Source: Candidatus Iainarchaeum sp. (GTDB taxonomy: Archaea; Iainarchaeota; Iainarchaeia; Iainarchaeales; VGJJ01). From it: a stretch of 61,162 bases of DNA. Position numbers and translations under genes: made by a program. This document shows positions 37,740 to 48,680 of the stretch, one piece after another (positions within the stretch are counted from its first letter, which is position 1; each line of letters opens with the position of its first letter). The notes under the pieces are model-generated. The model was given only the letters and a program-made list of their open reading frames with translations, was not told where the DNA came from and did no database searches. The stretch is taken from NCBI GenBank assembly GCA_043803765.1, contig JAZDJQ010000011.1, forward strand, positions 1-61,162. The letters run 5' to 3'.

Positions 37740-40199
37740 CTAATTTTTCCGTGATTTTTCTTCTTTTTTAGGCGGTAATTCCAATACTCCGTTTATTTTT
37801 CGTATGCTTTCTAACGCGGTTCGGATAATCCGCGGGTCTCGATGCCCTTCTTGTAGTTTTTGAAGTGTTGGAATAGCTCGTGAATCGCCTAATTCTCCTA
37901 ATGATATGGCAGCGGCTATTTGGAGATTAATGTAATTATCTTGAGTCAATTCGATGAGTTTCCATAATGCTGCATCCCTTCCTTTTCCAATTGTTCCTAG
38001 ATTGGTTGCTACCGCTTGTCGTATGCGGTTGGAATATTTTGGGTGCGCATATTTCAACAGCGTGTGCATCGCCTCTTCTGTTTGAAGTGCGGCTAATCCT
38101 TTTATTGCTCCGATTGGAATAACATCAATCCATGATTTTTCTTTCATTCCTTTTTCGATTACGCTTAATTTTTCAGCATTCCGTGATTTTCCAATGCTCG
38201 TATAGGCTTCCGCAGGAATAATGTAACTGTTCGCATGTTTTATTTGTTTGAGGAGGAAATCATGAATATCATGGGATGCATATTCTCCTAGTGCACGCAG
38301 CATGACTTGTTTTACCCGGTTGTCTTTTTCATGGGGGAATGCCTGCATTATTTTTTTGTATGCGTTTTGCAGTTTCGTTGTTCCCATTGCTATTGCCGCC
38401 TCTGCCCGTACTCCCCAAAACGGGTCGTGGGTCATGCTTTTTTCCAATAATAAAACGTCTTTTTCAGATGCATACTTGGCGATTTCTCCTGCGGCGGAAA
38501 TGCGGTGCACGACGTGCGGGTCATGTACGAGTTGTTCGTACCACATTTCTCTTGGTTTAGTCTGGTTTATTGTTTTAAGTATGCTCACGTCCGAATCGAA
38601 CACCATGTTTCGTGGCATTGCATTCATCTTGAATGTGAACGTGTTTTCTTTTTCTTTTACTGTTTTTTCTTCAAGAATGGGTTTTCCACTCTTAGGATAC
38701 AATATGATTTTCACTGGGAAGTGGTATAATTCTCCTGATTGGGATTGGATGACACGCATTACTGCTTCTTTCTTTTTTGCATCATAGTGGCATGTGACGC
38801 GCAACTCGGGGTGTCCTCCTCGGTAAATGAATTCGTCAAAGAATTGCGTGAGGTTTTTTCCCGTGACTTCCCTGAATGAGGCGAGTAAATCTTCCGTGGT
38901 GACGGTTTTGTTCGCATTGTTTTTCACGTAGTGCTGAATGCTTTTCTTGAATCCTTCTTCTCCTACAATGTGTCGTATGCTGTGCAGGAGTAATGCTCCT
39001 TTCTCATACAAATGCCGGTCAAAGATATCACCTGGTTCTGCATATACGTTGGTTACAATGGGCCGGCGGTACTTGTTTTTGTCTTCTTCAATATAGGAAC
39101 GGTAGTCTTGGAATAGTTCATAATGAAATTCGTCTTTTCCAAAATGGTGTTCAATCCATAATGATTTAAAATAGGTGGCGAAGCTTTCATTTAGCCATCC
39201 GTGCGACCAATCCCTGCACGTAATCAAGTCCCCGAACCATTGATGGGCAAGTTCATGGGAGGCGAGCATTTCTCCCGGATACCAGTATTCATTATGCGCA
39301 ATTTCATCCTGCAGGTACAAATCCGTTTGGGTCGTACACGTCGTGTGTTCCATTCCTCCGTATAGGAAGTCCGCTACGGCTACCTGTGCGTATTTTTTGT
39401 GCGGGTACGTGTATTGCGTAAATTCGGAGAAGAACTTCATCATTTTTGGAGTGTTTCCGAACGCTCTTTTGATGTCTTCTTCTTTTCCTTTTTCACAGTA
39501 ATACAGCACATCCGTTTTTCCAAACGTATCTTTTACTTCGGCAAAATCCCCTATCATGAATGCGTTTAGATAACTCGGATTCGGTTCATCAAACTTCCAA
39601 TGAAACGTGTTCCATTTTTCCTCTGAATTTTTAGTGGAAACTAATACTCCATTTGCAATCGCCCGGAATGGTTTTTCTACGGTGATTTTCATTTCGATAG
39701 GACACTTTACTTCCGGCTGGTCAACGCAGGGATACCAGAATCGTGCTTGTTCTGTTTCGGAGTGTGTCCATGCTTGGTAGGGCTTGTTGGGTTGGTGTTT
39801 TGTTGGATGGATGAAGAAAATTCCTAGTCTTGGGTTGCATAATGAATACGTGATACAGATGCTTGCTTTTTCGTTTATTTTTGTTGCATCGATCCATATT
39901 TTTTCTTCTTCTTTTTCTACTCGAAAATTTGTTTTTTTTCCATTCACCTGAACGCCTTCGATGTGCAATTCGACTGCATCGAATCCTATTTCCTTTTCTT
40001 TCCCAAAAAGCAATACGTTCGTAGTACATACTGCTTCCATTTTTCTTTTTTTCACATCCACGCGCGCCTCGAGCATCACATGCAAGGGTTGGAATTGCCG
40101 GTGCGGGGCATACGTTGGAGCGGCTTTCGTACTTAGAAATCGTCCATCCGGTTGGTCGGAAGAAAAGTGACATCCTTCTCCAATCCATTCTTGTCGCAT
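37740..40199 (-). CDS. M1 family aminopeptidase with HEAT-repeat C-terminus
   Basis: GGMEH, HELAHQWFG..NE, YEKG; helical repeats. Confidence 0.93.
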   Translation of the reverse strand: MRQEWIGEGCHFSSDQPDGRFLSTKAAPTYAPHRQFQPLHVMLEARVDVKKRKMEAVCTTNVLLFGKEKEIGFDAVELHIEGVQVNGKKTNFRVEKEEEKIWIDATKINEKASICITYSLCNPRLGIFFIHPTKHQPNKPYQAWTHSETEQARFWYPCVDQPEVKCPIEMKITVEKPFRAIANGVLVSTKNSEEKWNTFHWKFDEPNPSYLNAFMIGDFAEVKDTFGKTDVLYYCEKGKEEDIKRAFGNTPKMMKFFSEFTQYTYPHKKYAQVAVADFLYGGMEHTTCTTQTDLYLQDEIAHNEYWYPGEMLASHELAHQWFGDLITCRDWSHGWLNESFATYFKSLWIEHHFGKDEFHYELFQDYRSYIEEDKNKYRRPIVTNVYAEPGDIFDRHLYEKGALLLHSIRHIVGEEGFKKSIQHYVKNNANKTVTTEDLLASFREVTGKNLTQFFDEFIYRGGHPELRVTCHYDAKKKEAVMRVIQSQSGELYHFPVKIILYPKSGKPILEEKTVKEKENTFTFKMNAMPRNMVFDSDVSILKTINQTKPREMWYEQLVHDPHVVHRISAAGEIAKYASEKDVLLLEKSMTHDPFWGVRAEAAIAMGTTKLQNAYKKIMQAFPHEKDNRVKQVMLRALGEYASHDIHDFLLKQIKHANSYIIPAEAYTSIGKSRNAEKLSVIEKGMKEKSWIDVIPIGAIKGLAALQTEEAMHTLLKYAHPKYSNRIRQAVATNLGTIGKGRDAALWKLIELTQDNYINLQIAAAISLGELGDSRAIPTLQKLQEGHRDPRIIRTALESIRKINGVLELPPKKEEKSRKN

Positions 40200-40317
40200 T
40201 CGTGCATCCCTCGTTTTTAGTGAAAAAAGTTCACTTAATAAAACCCCCCGTGCGGAGAGCCCGTGTTGAGGGGAACAGGGTCTCGTTTTATATAGGAAAA
40301 TTCATTTTTTCCCGAGT

Positions 40318-41436
40318 ATGCCTCTTGTAAAACTATCCGGCTTTTCAGTGAATCGTCTTTCTGTTTTGGATGAGAATGGAAATGTGGATGAAAAAAACGC
40401 GCCTTCACTTTCAAACTCGCAACGTGTTGATTTGTTTAGATGGATGACGTTGTTGCGCGTTTTTGATGATAAATCATTAAAGTTACAGCGGCAGGGAAGG
40501 ATTGGAACCTATGCCTCTTGTTTAGGACAGGAAGCGTGTACGATTGGGAGTGCGTATGCGATGAAACCGCAGGATTGGGCATTTCCTGCTTTTCGTGAAC
40601 ATGGCGTGTTCATGGTGCGAGGGACTCCTCTTGCGAAGATTTTACAGTATTGGGGGGGTGATGAGCGCGGAAGTAAAGCGTCAGAGGATGTGAACATGTT
40701 TCCCGTTTCCATTCCTGTGGGAAGTCAACCCTTGCATGCGGTAGGAGCGGCGATAGCTTTTCAATACAAAAAATCCGATGCGGTGGCAGTGGGTTATTTT
40801 GGGGATGGTGGAAGCAGTGAGGGAGACACATTAGAAGCGATGAATTTTGCAGGGGCATTTCAAGCACCGGTCGTTTTCGTTTGCCAAAATAATCAGTTTG
40901 CTATTTCCGAACCCCGTTCATTGCAAACAAGAGCTGAAACAATTGCCCAGAAAGCGATTGCGTTTGGTTTTGACGGATTACAAGTGGATGGGAATGATAT
41001 TCTTGCAGTCTACAAGGCGACGCATGATGCAATCGAAAAGGCTCGTGATGGAAAAGGACCTACTCTTTTGGAGTTGCATACCTATCGAATGGGGGACCAT
41101 ACTACTGCAGACGATTCCACGCGTTATCGCAACAAAGAAGAATTGGAATCGTGGAGAAAAAAAGACCCGGTTGCACGTATGCGCATGTATTTAACAAAGC
41201 AGGGGATTCTTTCTCAAACGGTGGAAAACAAAATAATTGATGAATGTGTTGCACTCGTTGAGCGTGCCGTTCAGGAATATGAACAAATTCCTCTTCCTCA
41301 TCCTAGTGATATGTTTGATTTTTTGTACAAGGAAATGCCTCTTGATTTAGCTGAGCAAAAAAACGAGTACTTGGCTTTTTTGTCGCGTCATCAGAATACA
41401 TCAGAAAAGAAAAAGGAAGGGCCGGGTTTTCCATGA
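40318..41436 (+). CDS. pdhA: Pyruvate/2-oxoacid dehydrogenase E1 alpha
   Basis: LQRQGRIG, GDGGSSEG..NN TPP motif, HTTADD. Confidence 0.93.
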   Translation: MPLVKLSGFSVNRLSVLDENGNVDEKNAPSLSNSQRVDLFRWMTLLRVFDDKSLKLQRQGRIGTYASCLGQEACTIGSAYAMKPQDWAFPAFREHGVFMVRGTPLAKILQYWGGDERGSKASEDVNMFPVSIPVGSQPLHAVGAAIAFQYKKSDAVAVGYFGDGGSSEGDTLEAMNFAGAFQAPVVFVCQNNQFAISEPRSLQTRAETIAQKAIAFGFDGLQVDGNDILAVYKATHDAIEKARDGKGPTLLELHTYRMGDHTTADDSTRYRNKEELESWRKKDPVARMRMYLTKQGILSQTVENKIIDECVALVERAVQEYEQIPLPHPSDMFDFLYKEMPLDLAEQKNEYLAFLSRHQNTSEKKKEGPGFP

Positions 41437-42410
41437 AAGCGAATATGGTGCAGGCATTAAACAACGCGCTCTCACTTGAATTAGAGAGCAATCCAAATGT
41501 AGTATTGTTAGGGGAAGACGTGGGGGTAGATGGCGGTGTTTTCCGTGTTACGGAAGGGTTGCAGGCAAAATATGGGAAAAACCGTGTGATGGACACCCCT
41601 CTCGCCGAGAGTGCTATTATTGGAACCAGTATTGGAATGGCGGCCGTGGGATTGCATCCCGTTCCTGAAATACAATTCTCCGGTTTTTTATATCCGGGGT
41701 TTGACCAATTAATTTCTCATGCGTCGCGTATTCGTAATCGTTCGCGTGGTCGTTTTACGTGTCCGATTACCGTGCGTTCTCCTTACGGCGGGGGAATCAA
41801 GGCGCCGGAACATCATAGTGAAAGCATGGAATCCATTTTCATTCATACACCCGGATTGAAAGTGGTTATTCCTTCCAATCCTACGGATGCAAAAGGACTC
41901 TTAACGAGCGCATTGCGCGACCCCGACCCTGTTGTTTTTCTTGAACCATTGCGGGTTTATCGTGCATTCCGTGAGGAAGTGCCGGATGAACAATACACTA
42001 TTCCATTAGGTCAAGCGAAAATACATCAGGAAGGAAAAGACCTCACATTAATTTCATGGGGGAGCATGTTCCGCACGTGCATCGAAGCAGTACAGCAAAT
42101 CGCGGAGCAGGAAAAATATTCAATTGAATTGATTGATCTGCGTTCCCTTTCTCCTATTGATTGGAAAACCGTTCATTCAAGTGTGCAGAAAACAGGCCGT
42201 TGCGTGGTGGTGCAGGAAGCCCCTCTCACATTAGGATTGGCGAGTGAAATCTCCGCACGAATCATGGAAACGGATTTTTTGCATCTCAAAGCTCCCGTAC
42301 AGCGGGTAACGGGATACGACACGATCATGCCCCTGTACAAATTGGAAAATCATTATTTACCCAACACCGAACGAATAATGGAAGCCATTCGGAATGGGAT
42401 GATGTTTTAG
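41433..42410 (+). CDS. pdhB: Pyruvate/2-oxoacid dehydrogenase E1 beta
   Basis: GEDVG..GGVFR, DTPLAE, EIQF, EHHSES. Confidence 0.95.
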   Translation: MKANMVQALNNALSLELESNPNVVLLGEDVGVDGGVFRVTEGLQAKYGKNRVMDTPLAESAIIGTSIGMAAVGLHPVPEIQFSGFLYPGFDQLISHASRIRNRSRGRFTCPITVRSPYGGGIKAPEHHSESMESIFIHTPGLKVVIPSNPTDAKGLLTSALRDPDPVVFLEPLRVYRAFREEVPDEQYTIPLGQAKIHQEGKDLTLISWGSMFRTCIEAVQQIAEQEKYSIELIDLRSLSPIDWKTVHSSVQKTGRCVVVQEAPLTLGLASEISARIMETDFLHLKAPVQRVTGYDTIMPLYKLENHYLPNTERIMEAIRNGMMF

Positions 42411-42566
42411 CCTGATTTTTTATAAGAGCCTAGAGACCGGTATCGGTTCTTTTGGGCAGGGGATCGTTTTTTGGGCACCACTACTCCTTTATAATCAACA
42501 GCTGGTTTGCGTTCTAAAATTTTGCCTAGTTTTTTAAACTTGAAGGAGTACGTCAACTGTATTGTA

Positions 42567-42595
42567 TCCCCGGGGTTGCTTTGGCAAACCCGGGC
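42567..42595 (+). promoter_or_regulatory. GC-rich 5' leader hairpin of NYN gene 1
   Basis: CCCGGGGTTGC-TTTG-GCAAACCCGGG between TTTTTAAA and the ATG. Confidence 0.5.
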
Positions 42596-42612
42596 TTTAT
42601 TCTTATCTTTTC

Positions 42613-43236
42613 ATGACCAAAAAACGTGTTCATTTGTTTGTTGATGGATCCAATTTCTATCACGGGTTGAAGCAGAATAATTTTTATAAACTATTTTCGT
42701 ATTCCACTTTTTTTCAACAACTCAACAAAAAATACAATATTGAAAAAGTCTATTTTTATGATGCCATTAAGAACATGGACATTGAACCCGAACAGTATTC
42801 AAAACAACAGGTTTTTCATGCTCGATTGCAGAAAGATATTCCCGGATTGGTTCTTCGAACGCGAAAGCTGAAGTATCTTTTTGCAAATGACCGATTAGAA
42901 AATGCGAAGAAAAATGCTTCTTTTTGTGCATCATGTCAGCCAAAACTAATTCAATTTCTACAGGATGCAGGTCTGCAAAAACTTTCTAAAGAAAAGGGGA
43001 TAGATATCCTGCTGGTTACGGATATGGTGAAGGGTGCTTTTCAAGACCGATATGATATCGCTTTATTGGCTTCTGGTGATGCCGATTTTGTTCCGGCCGT
43101 GGATTTGGTTCAATCCTTAAAAAAGTCAGTGGTCAATCTCCATTTCTATGCGGGGAGTTCCTCCGAGTTGCGGAATGCATGCAACGCTCACTCACTCATT
43201 CAACTCGACACAAAGGGCAATTACTCGTTCGGATAG
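42613..43236 (+). CDS. NYN domain (LabA/DUF88) ribonuclease-like protein
   Basis: FVDGSN, EKGIDI, SGDADF. Confidence 0.92.
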   Translation: MTKKRVHLFVDGSNFYHGLKQNNFYKLFSYSTFFQQLNKKYNIEKVYFYDAIKNMDIEPEQYSKQQVFHARLQKDIPGLVLRTRKLKYLFANDRLENAKKNASFCASCQPKLIQFLQDAGLQKLSKEKGIDILLVTDMVKGAFQDRYDIALLASGDADFVPAVDLVQSLKKSVVNLHFYAGSSSELRNACNAHSLIQLDTKGNYSFG

Positions 43237-43293
43237 ACAGCAAAAACAATGCCTTACCTAACCTTTAAATTGGCAGGATGATTTTCTCAATCC

Positions 43294-44691
43294 ATGCCCC
43301 TCGATTTCAAGTTTCCAGACGTGGGAGAAGGAACGACCGAAGGTACGCTGGTGAAGTGGCGTGTTTCCGAGGGAGAAAAAATAAAAGCCGACCAAGTATT
43401 AGCCGAGATTGAAACCGATAAAGCGGTTGTTGAAATTCCATCTCCCCGTGCGGGGGTCATTCTCAAATTGTACGGGAATCCCGGCGATGTGATTAAAGTA
43501 GGGAATATTCTTGCTACGATTGGAGACGCAGGAGAGGCTATTCCCTTTTCTCATTCCTCTTCTACCGTCCCGCGTGCGTCCATGGAAGCATCAAAAATTC
43601 CCATCCCTTCCCTATCAAAAGGAGCATCTTCTTCTCGTGGACACGTTTTAGCTACTCCTTCCACGCGGCAATTGGCGCGCACCCTGAATGTGGATATTGA
43701 AACAGTTAGTGGGACAGGAGGGGCATCCGGTCGCGTTACGGATGAGGATGTAAAAAAAGCAGCCGCATTAACAAACATTACGAAGAAATCATCATCGTTA
43801 AATGCGATGGGAATAGAGGAAAAAATATCTTCTTACCGCGAGCCCTTGGAAGCACGCACGGCGTCTTTTTTCCCTTCCGGGCAACCTTTTGTGCATCCGG
43901 ATAATACGCATGAAACTGAAAGAGGAACCCATGTTCTTTCTCCTTTATCTCATCCCAACGCGCAACAAGTGGCATGGAGAATAGAAGGAAGCGAAGAACG
44001 TATTCCATTGAAAGGACTACGAAAAGTTATTTCGGATAGAATGGTGAAAAGCATGTTCACCGCGGTTCAAGTAACGCACATGGATGAAGCGGATGTCACG
44101 CAACTCGTTGCATTGCGTGCTAAAGAAAAAGCAAAAGCAGAAAAAAAGGGAATTAATCTCACCTACTTATCATTCATCGCCAAAGCATGCGCTTCTGCAT
44201 TGAAAAATCATCCTTATTTGAATGCGAGCATTGACGATACTAGACAAGAAGTAGTATTGAAGAAATATTATCACATCGGAATTGCCGTGGACACGGAAGA
44301 CGGGTTGATTGTTCCAGTTTTACGAAATGTTGACCAAAAAAGTATTTTGGAATTAGCAAAAGAAATGCAACAACTTGCAGAGAAAACACGCGAACGAAAA
44401 ATATCTCCGGATGATTTGAGAGGAAGCACATTCACCATTACCAATGTGGGATCGTTGGGAGGGACTTATTCCACCCCTGTAATCAATTGGCCGGAAGTAG
44501 CCATTCTAGGAATAGGAAAAATTCAGGAAAAACCCGTTGTAAAGGATGGAAAAGTAATAGTGCGTCACATGATGAATGTTTCCCTCACGTTTGACCACCG
44601 CCTCGTAGACGGGGCGCAGGCCGTGCGCTTCACCAATGAAGTGCTGCAACACCTCGAAGACCCGGGATTGTTTTTGGTGGATATGATTTAA
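43294..44691 (+). CDS. pdhC: Dihydrolipoamide acyltransferase E2
   Basis: ETDKA lipoyl site, ATPSTR E3-binding domain, DHRLVDG. Confidence 0.95.
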   Translation: MPLDFKFPDVGEGTTEGTLVKWRVSEGEKIKADQVLAEIETDKAVVEIPSPRAGVILKLYGNPGDVIKVGNILATIGDAGEAIPFSHSSSTVPRASMEASKIPIPSLSKGASSSRGHVLATPSTRQLARTLNVDIETVSGTGGASGRVTDEDVKKAAALTNITKKSSSLNAMGIEEKISSYREPLEARTASFFPSGQPFVHPDNTHETERGTHVLSPLSHPNAQQVAWRIEGSEERIPLKGLRKVISDRMVKSMFTAVQVTHMDEADVTQLVALRAKEKAKAEKKGINLTYLSFIAKACASALKNHPYLNASIDDTRQEVVLKKYYHIGIAVDTEDGLIVPVLRNVDQKSILELAKEMQQLAEKTRERKISPDDLRGSTFTITNVGSLGGTYSTPVINWPEVAILGIGKIQEKPVVKDGKVIVRHMMNVSLTFDHRLVDGAQAVRFTNEVLQHLEDPGLFLVDMI

Positions 44692-44692
44692 G

Positions 44693-45337
44693 ATGACACG
44701 GGCTGCTAAAAATCCGCGACGCTATGGAAATAAGCATAGGAGACCATTCAGGGGACCAACGCCCAAGAATGTCTATCAAACGGTTGATTTGGGAACGGGT
44801 GGCGATCGTCACTGGAATTCCCATGGTAAGCTTATTGATAGTTTTCTGAGACGAAGGGCAAGGAGAAACCCGAACAGAAAATATATTGCCATTGATGAGG
44901 AATTGTCAAAATATTATCCCACTGCTTTCACGACCATTCCTAATGTTCAAATAGTTTCAAGAAGAGCTTTTCCCTTTTTGGAGGAAATGATTAGGAAAAA
45001 CCTGAGGACCCGGCATATTAACATTGATATGCCTCTTACCGTAGGGTTTGGTTCAACGGTTCATGCTGCAATCACAAATGCTTCTCGTTTGCTTTTGCCA
45101 AATGGTAAAATTTTCATAACAACCGAAAATGATGATAATGTGCAAAAAATAAAGGAATTGGCACACAAATGTGGATTAAAATTCAGGGAATTGAAAAATC
45201 TTCCATTAAACGCCAAAGACCGTCGAACACGCTACACAAGTTTTTACCAAAGGAAGACCATCCGACGAATTGAAATCACCTATCCTCTGAAAAAAGCCTT
45301 TCCCAAAAAAGAAGATCGAGTAGCCATGCAAAGATAA
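44693..45337 (+). CDS. Basic orphan with degenerate TrmB-like SAM methyltransferase fold
   Basis: VDLGTGG, ARRNPNRKYIAID, INIDMP, RLLLPNGKIFITTEN. Confidence 0.5.
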   Translation: MTRAAKNPRRYGNKHRRPFRGPTPKNVYQTVDLGTGGDRHWNSHGKLIDSFLRRRARRNPNRKYIAIDEELSKYYPTAFTTIPNVQIVSRRAFPFLEEMIRKNLRTRHINIDMPLTVGFGSTVHAAITNASRLLLPNGKIFITTENDDNVQKIKELAHKCGLKFRELKNLPLNAKDRRTRYTSFYQRKTIRRIEITYPLKKAFPKKEDRVAMQR

Positions 45338-45474
45338 CATAAAAAAATAATTCAATAAATCGGCTTCGTGGTGCGATTATTGAAGAAAAAAAGAGTCAAA
45401 TTGAGGCATAAGTGTAATTGGATATCTTCAGTAAGATTTTATGATGCTCAAAATTGATTGAGGGTAGAAGAATA

Positions 45475-45996
45475 TCATTCCACAAATTTCCGTATAGCCA
45501 TCTCCATGGCTGATTTTCCCCACTCCCTGTTCTGAATCATGGATTCAAGTCCCTTGCGCAGTTCTGCGCTGGAAATTTTTTTCTGATTTTTGAGCTCAAC
45601 CAATGCGGCAGCCGATAATTTGATGGTAACTTTTTTGGCTATTGCGACGCTGAATAATGCAGTAGCAGCGGAAATATCATCCATCAAAATAATGGGGATA
45701 TTTTCCTCGATTGCCAGTTCAAAACAACTCGCCTCCCCCAAATCGACTTTTGAACCTACATACTTGTTGGTTTTTGCTCCGGTTGATTTGTCTTGGATGA
45801 TTATTTTTTTTCCTTGGATTTGGGCGATACAATCCCTTGACGCACGCGCCAATTTATCAGAATAGGATGCTATTTCATCTAGTTCCACTTTAACTATAGG
45901 GGGAATATGAATTTCAATCGTTTCACAAATTTTTTCCAAATATCCGCTATATGCAAGGGAAATAATTGCGGAAGTATCCGCCACGGCTTTTTTCAA
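45475..45996 (-). CDS. PIN domain protein (DUF3368-like toxin)
   Basis: VADTSAII, VKVEL, DLGEA, LMDD. Confidence 0.85.
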   Translation of the reverse strand: MKKAVADTSAIISLAYSGYLEKICETIEIHIPPIVKVELDEIASYSDKLARASRDCIAQIQGKKIIIQDKSTGAKTNKYVGSKVDLGEASCFELAIEENIPIILMDDISAATALFSVAIAKKVTIKLSAAALVELKNQKKISSAELRKGLESMIQNREWGKSAMEMAIRKFVE

Positions 45997-45997
45997 A

Positions 45998-46291
45998 TTA
46001 TATCCCTTCTTTTAGCGATTTTTCCAGGATATCAATGAAAAAGGCTACTTCTTTTGCGTCATCAAATCCCAATACTCGAACCATTTCGTCAAAAGATATT
46101 TTTCCCTCGGAAAACTTTTTGGAAATGACTTCCTTGATTTCATTTCGTTCGTTTTCCCTTCGGATGAATTCGAGAGTGGCTTTCCTAATAACATCGGATT
46201 TCGTCAGCAGTTTTCTTCTAGCGTATGTTGAAATTTCCTTCCGGGCATCTCCCTCGAAACGAACCGTCAAAATATCCGAATCAGAAGTCAT
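45998..46291 (-). CDS. Ribbon-helix-helix antitoxin
   Basis: TVRF...KSDVIRKA; EGKISF; immediately upstream of the PIN gene. Confidence 0.75.
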   Translation of the reverse strand: MTSDSDILTVRFEGDARKEISTYARRKLLTKSDVIRKATLEFIRRENERNEIKEVISKKFSEGKISFDEMVRVLGFDDAKEVAFFIDILEKSLKEGI

Positions 46292-46459
46292 ATTGTAATA
46301 CAACGTATTACAAAGTATAAAAGCGTTTGGGTGCCATTCCACTGCTTTTATTAAACGTAGAACAATGAATGGGGTGGGGAACAGACGATGCGCTTTACGA
46401 ACAAAGCAGCGAAACACATTGAAGACCTGAGATTATTCCTCGTGGAAGTGGTGTAAAAT

Positions 46460-47191
46460 ATGGTTTTGTTCAACAGCAATACCACTAAGGTTTTGTGGGT
46501 CATCGAATATCTTTACTTTACTAATAAGACTCCTCCAACATTTCAAGAAGTTCATTCTCTTTTACAACGGCAAGGTATTTCCGTTCCCCTTGATGATGTT
46601 CGCGTGACGCTTGAAACGGTGAAAGAAGGATTGAAAAGCCCGGCAAGATGGTATGAAGAAAATGTGGGACATGACGGAAGGGTATATGATGCCGTTCATC
46701 AGAGGATAAAGAAGGGAGAATTTCCACCTAATCCAAAGAATAAACAATTATTACCTTTATTCCAACGTCCCACAAAGGAGAAACCTATTCCAAAAAAAAA
46801 GGAAGATCATTTACAAAAATTCCTCGACAATCCGTTTGTGGTTGACAAAAACCATCGTATGGTCGCGCGCCTTATTACCCAGATAATAAGAAAACCATTT
46901 GACCCCCAAAAATGGCCAATATACTACAAGGAGATAGCCGAAAGACTCCAACAAAATCCCTCGTTGCGGAGACGGGCGGCTGCCGCCGTTCATGCGCGGA
47001 TGCTGATTGGGGGATATCATCTAAAAAAGGAGGGCGTCACCCTTCAGCTCAGGGATTTTGCTCCTGGAAGAGCGCATGAACCCACTGAAGAAGCGTTAAA
47101 AGCATACAGGAATCTAAAAAGAAGGCAGCAGTTGTATGGAAAATTTTATCCCCGTTTGATTAGACGCCTCTATTTGCATCGTGGGAAATAA
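46460..47191 (+). CDS. Basic orphan protein
   Basis: 243-aa ORF; C-terminus RLIRRLYLHRGK. Confidence 0.5.
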   Translation: MVLFNSNTTKVLWVIEYLYFTNKTPPTFQEVHSLLQRQGISVPLDDVRVTLETVKEGLKSPARWYEENVGHDGRVYDAVHQRIKKGEFPPNPKNKQLLPLFQRPTKEKPIPKKKEDHLQKFLDNPFVVDKNHRMVARLITQIIRKPFDPQKWPIYYKEIAERLQQNPSLRRRAAAAVHARMLIGGYHLKKEGVTLQLRDFAPGRAHEPTEEALKAYRNLKRRQQLYGKFYPRLIRRLYLHRGK

Positions 47192-47240
47192 TTCAGAAAA
47201 TGTCGTATCCTTTATTAAGCGTCCATTCCTTTCATGAGCC

Positions 47241-48680
47241 ATGGTCGTAGGGGAGATGACCGAGCATGCGGATGTCGCCGTGATCGGTTCCGGTCCCGGG
47301 GGATATGTTGCCGCGATTCGTGCCGGGCAGTTAGGAAAAAATGTTATTCTGATAGAGAAGGACCCGAATGGATTAGGCGGTATTTGTCTTCATCACGGGT
47401 GCATTCCTTCGAAAGCGCTTATTCATACGGCGAATCTTTTTTGGGAAGCCACGCATGCAAAAGAGCAGGGTATCTTCATTTCTACTGCAACGATTGATAT
47501 GGAGCAAACGCAATCATTCAAGGAGAAAGTGGTTGCGCAACTTACGAATGGAATCAAATTGTTGTGCGAGAAAGCAGGCGTTGATATTGTGTATGGAAAT
47601 GCGTATTTCCGTGATTCAAAAACATTGCACGTTGAAATGGCGCATGATACGATGACACTAACGGCAGACAATATCATTATTGCTACGGGAGCAAAGGAAA
47701 GAGAACATCCTCGTGTGAAAGTGGATAATGAACGCATTATTTCTTCAACCGAGATTCTTGGTTTGAAAAAAATTCCTTCTACATTGGCCGTAATCGGTTC
47801 AGGGTACATTGCTATGGAGATGGCGCATACATTTCAAAAGTTTGGTTCGCAGGTTACTATTATTCATCGTTCTCCCACTATTCTCAATCATTTGGACCCC
47901 CAAGTAGGAGAAATGAAAACAAAATTGCTTCAAAAATTAGGCGTTTCCTTTCTCCCCGGCGTAGACGTGATGAGTTCCGAGATAAATGGAAATAGTGTAG
48001 TATTGCGTCTTCAATCAAAAGACGGGAAGAGTGATGCGAAGACGTTTGAACAAGTGCTAGTGGCCATTGGAAGAGACCCGCTAACACAGGGATTGAGTTT
48101 GGAAAATACCAAAGTAAAAGTGGATGAACAAGGATTTATTCTCGTGGATGAGCGGTGTTATACTTCCGATTCGTCTATTTTAGCTATTGGAGATGTAACC
48201 GGTGAACCGCAATTAGCGCACCGCGCCATGTACATGGGAAAAATTGCAGGGGAAGTGTGTGCCGGCCTCTCTTCTGCGTATAATGCCACCGTTTGTCCTG
48301 CCGTCATGTATTCCGACCCTGAGGTTGCATGGGTGGGCATCCAATCAAACGAAGCGCAGAAAGCAGGTCGTTCCATTCTTTCCGGAAAATTTCCTTTTTC
48401 GGCGAATGGCCGTGCACTCGGAGCCAATCAACCCGACGGGTATGTTCAACTTAATGCCGACCCGCTTTCTCATGTCATTCTGGGTGGAATCATTGTTGGC
48501 GAGCATGCGTCGGATATGATTTCCCAAATTGGTTTTGCTATTGAGATGGGGGCAAGGCTCGAGGACATGGCAGGAACGATTCATCCCCATCCTACTTTTG
48601 ATGAAGCCATTCTGGAAGCAGCCGATGATGCATTAGGAAAATGCGTTCATTTGCCTTTTAGAAAAAAGAAGAATGTTTAG
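47241..48680 (+). CDS. lpdA: Dihydrolipoamide dehydrogenase E3
   Basis: GSGPGG, GGICLHHGCIPSK, HPHPTFDE. Confidence 0.96.
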   Translation: MVVGEMTEHADVAVIGSGPGGYVAAIRAGQLGKNVILIEKDPNGLGGICLHHGCIPSKALIHTANLFWEATHAKEQGIFISTATIDMEQTQSFKEKVVAQLTNGIKLLCEKAGVDIVYGNAYFRDSKTLHVEMAHDTMTLTADNIIIATGAKEREHPRVKVDNERIISSTEILGLKKIPSTLAVIGSGYIAMEMAHTFQKFGSQVTIIHRSPTILNHLDPQVGEMKTKLLQKLGVSFLPGVDVMSSEINGNSVVLRLQSKDGKSDAKTFEQVLVAIGRDPLTQGLSLENTKVKVDEQGFILVDERCYTSDSSILAIGDVTGEPQLAHRAMYMGKIAGEVCAGLSSAYNATVCPAVMYSDPEVAWVGIQSNEAQKAGRSILSGKFPFSANGRALGANQPDGYVQLNADPLSHVILGGIIVGEHASDMISQIGFAIEMGARLEDMAGTIHPHPTFDEAILEAADDALGKCVHLPFRKKKNV

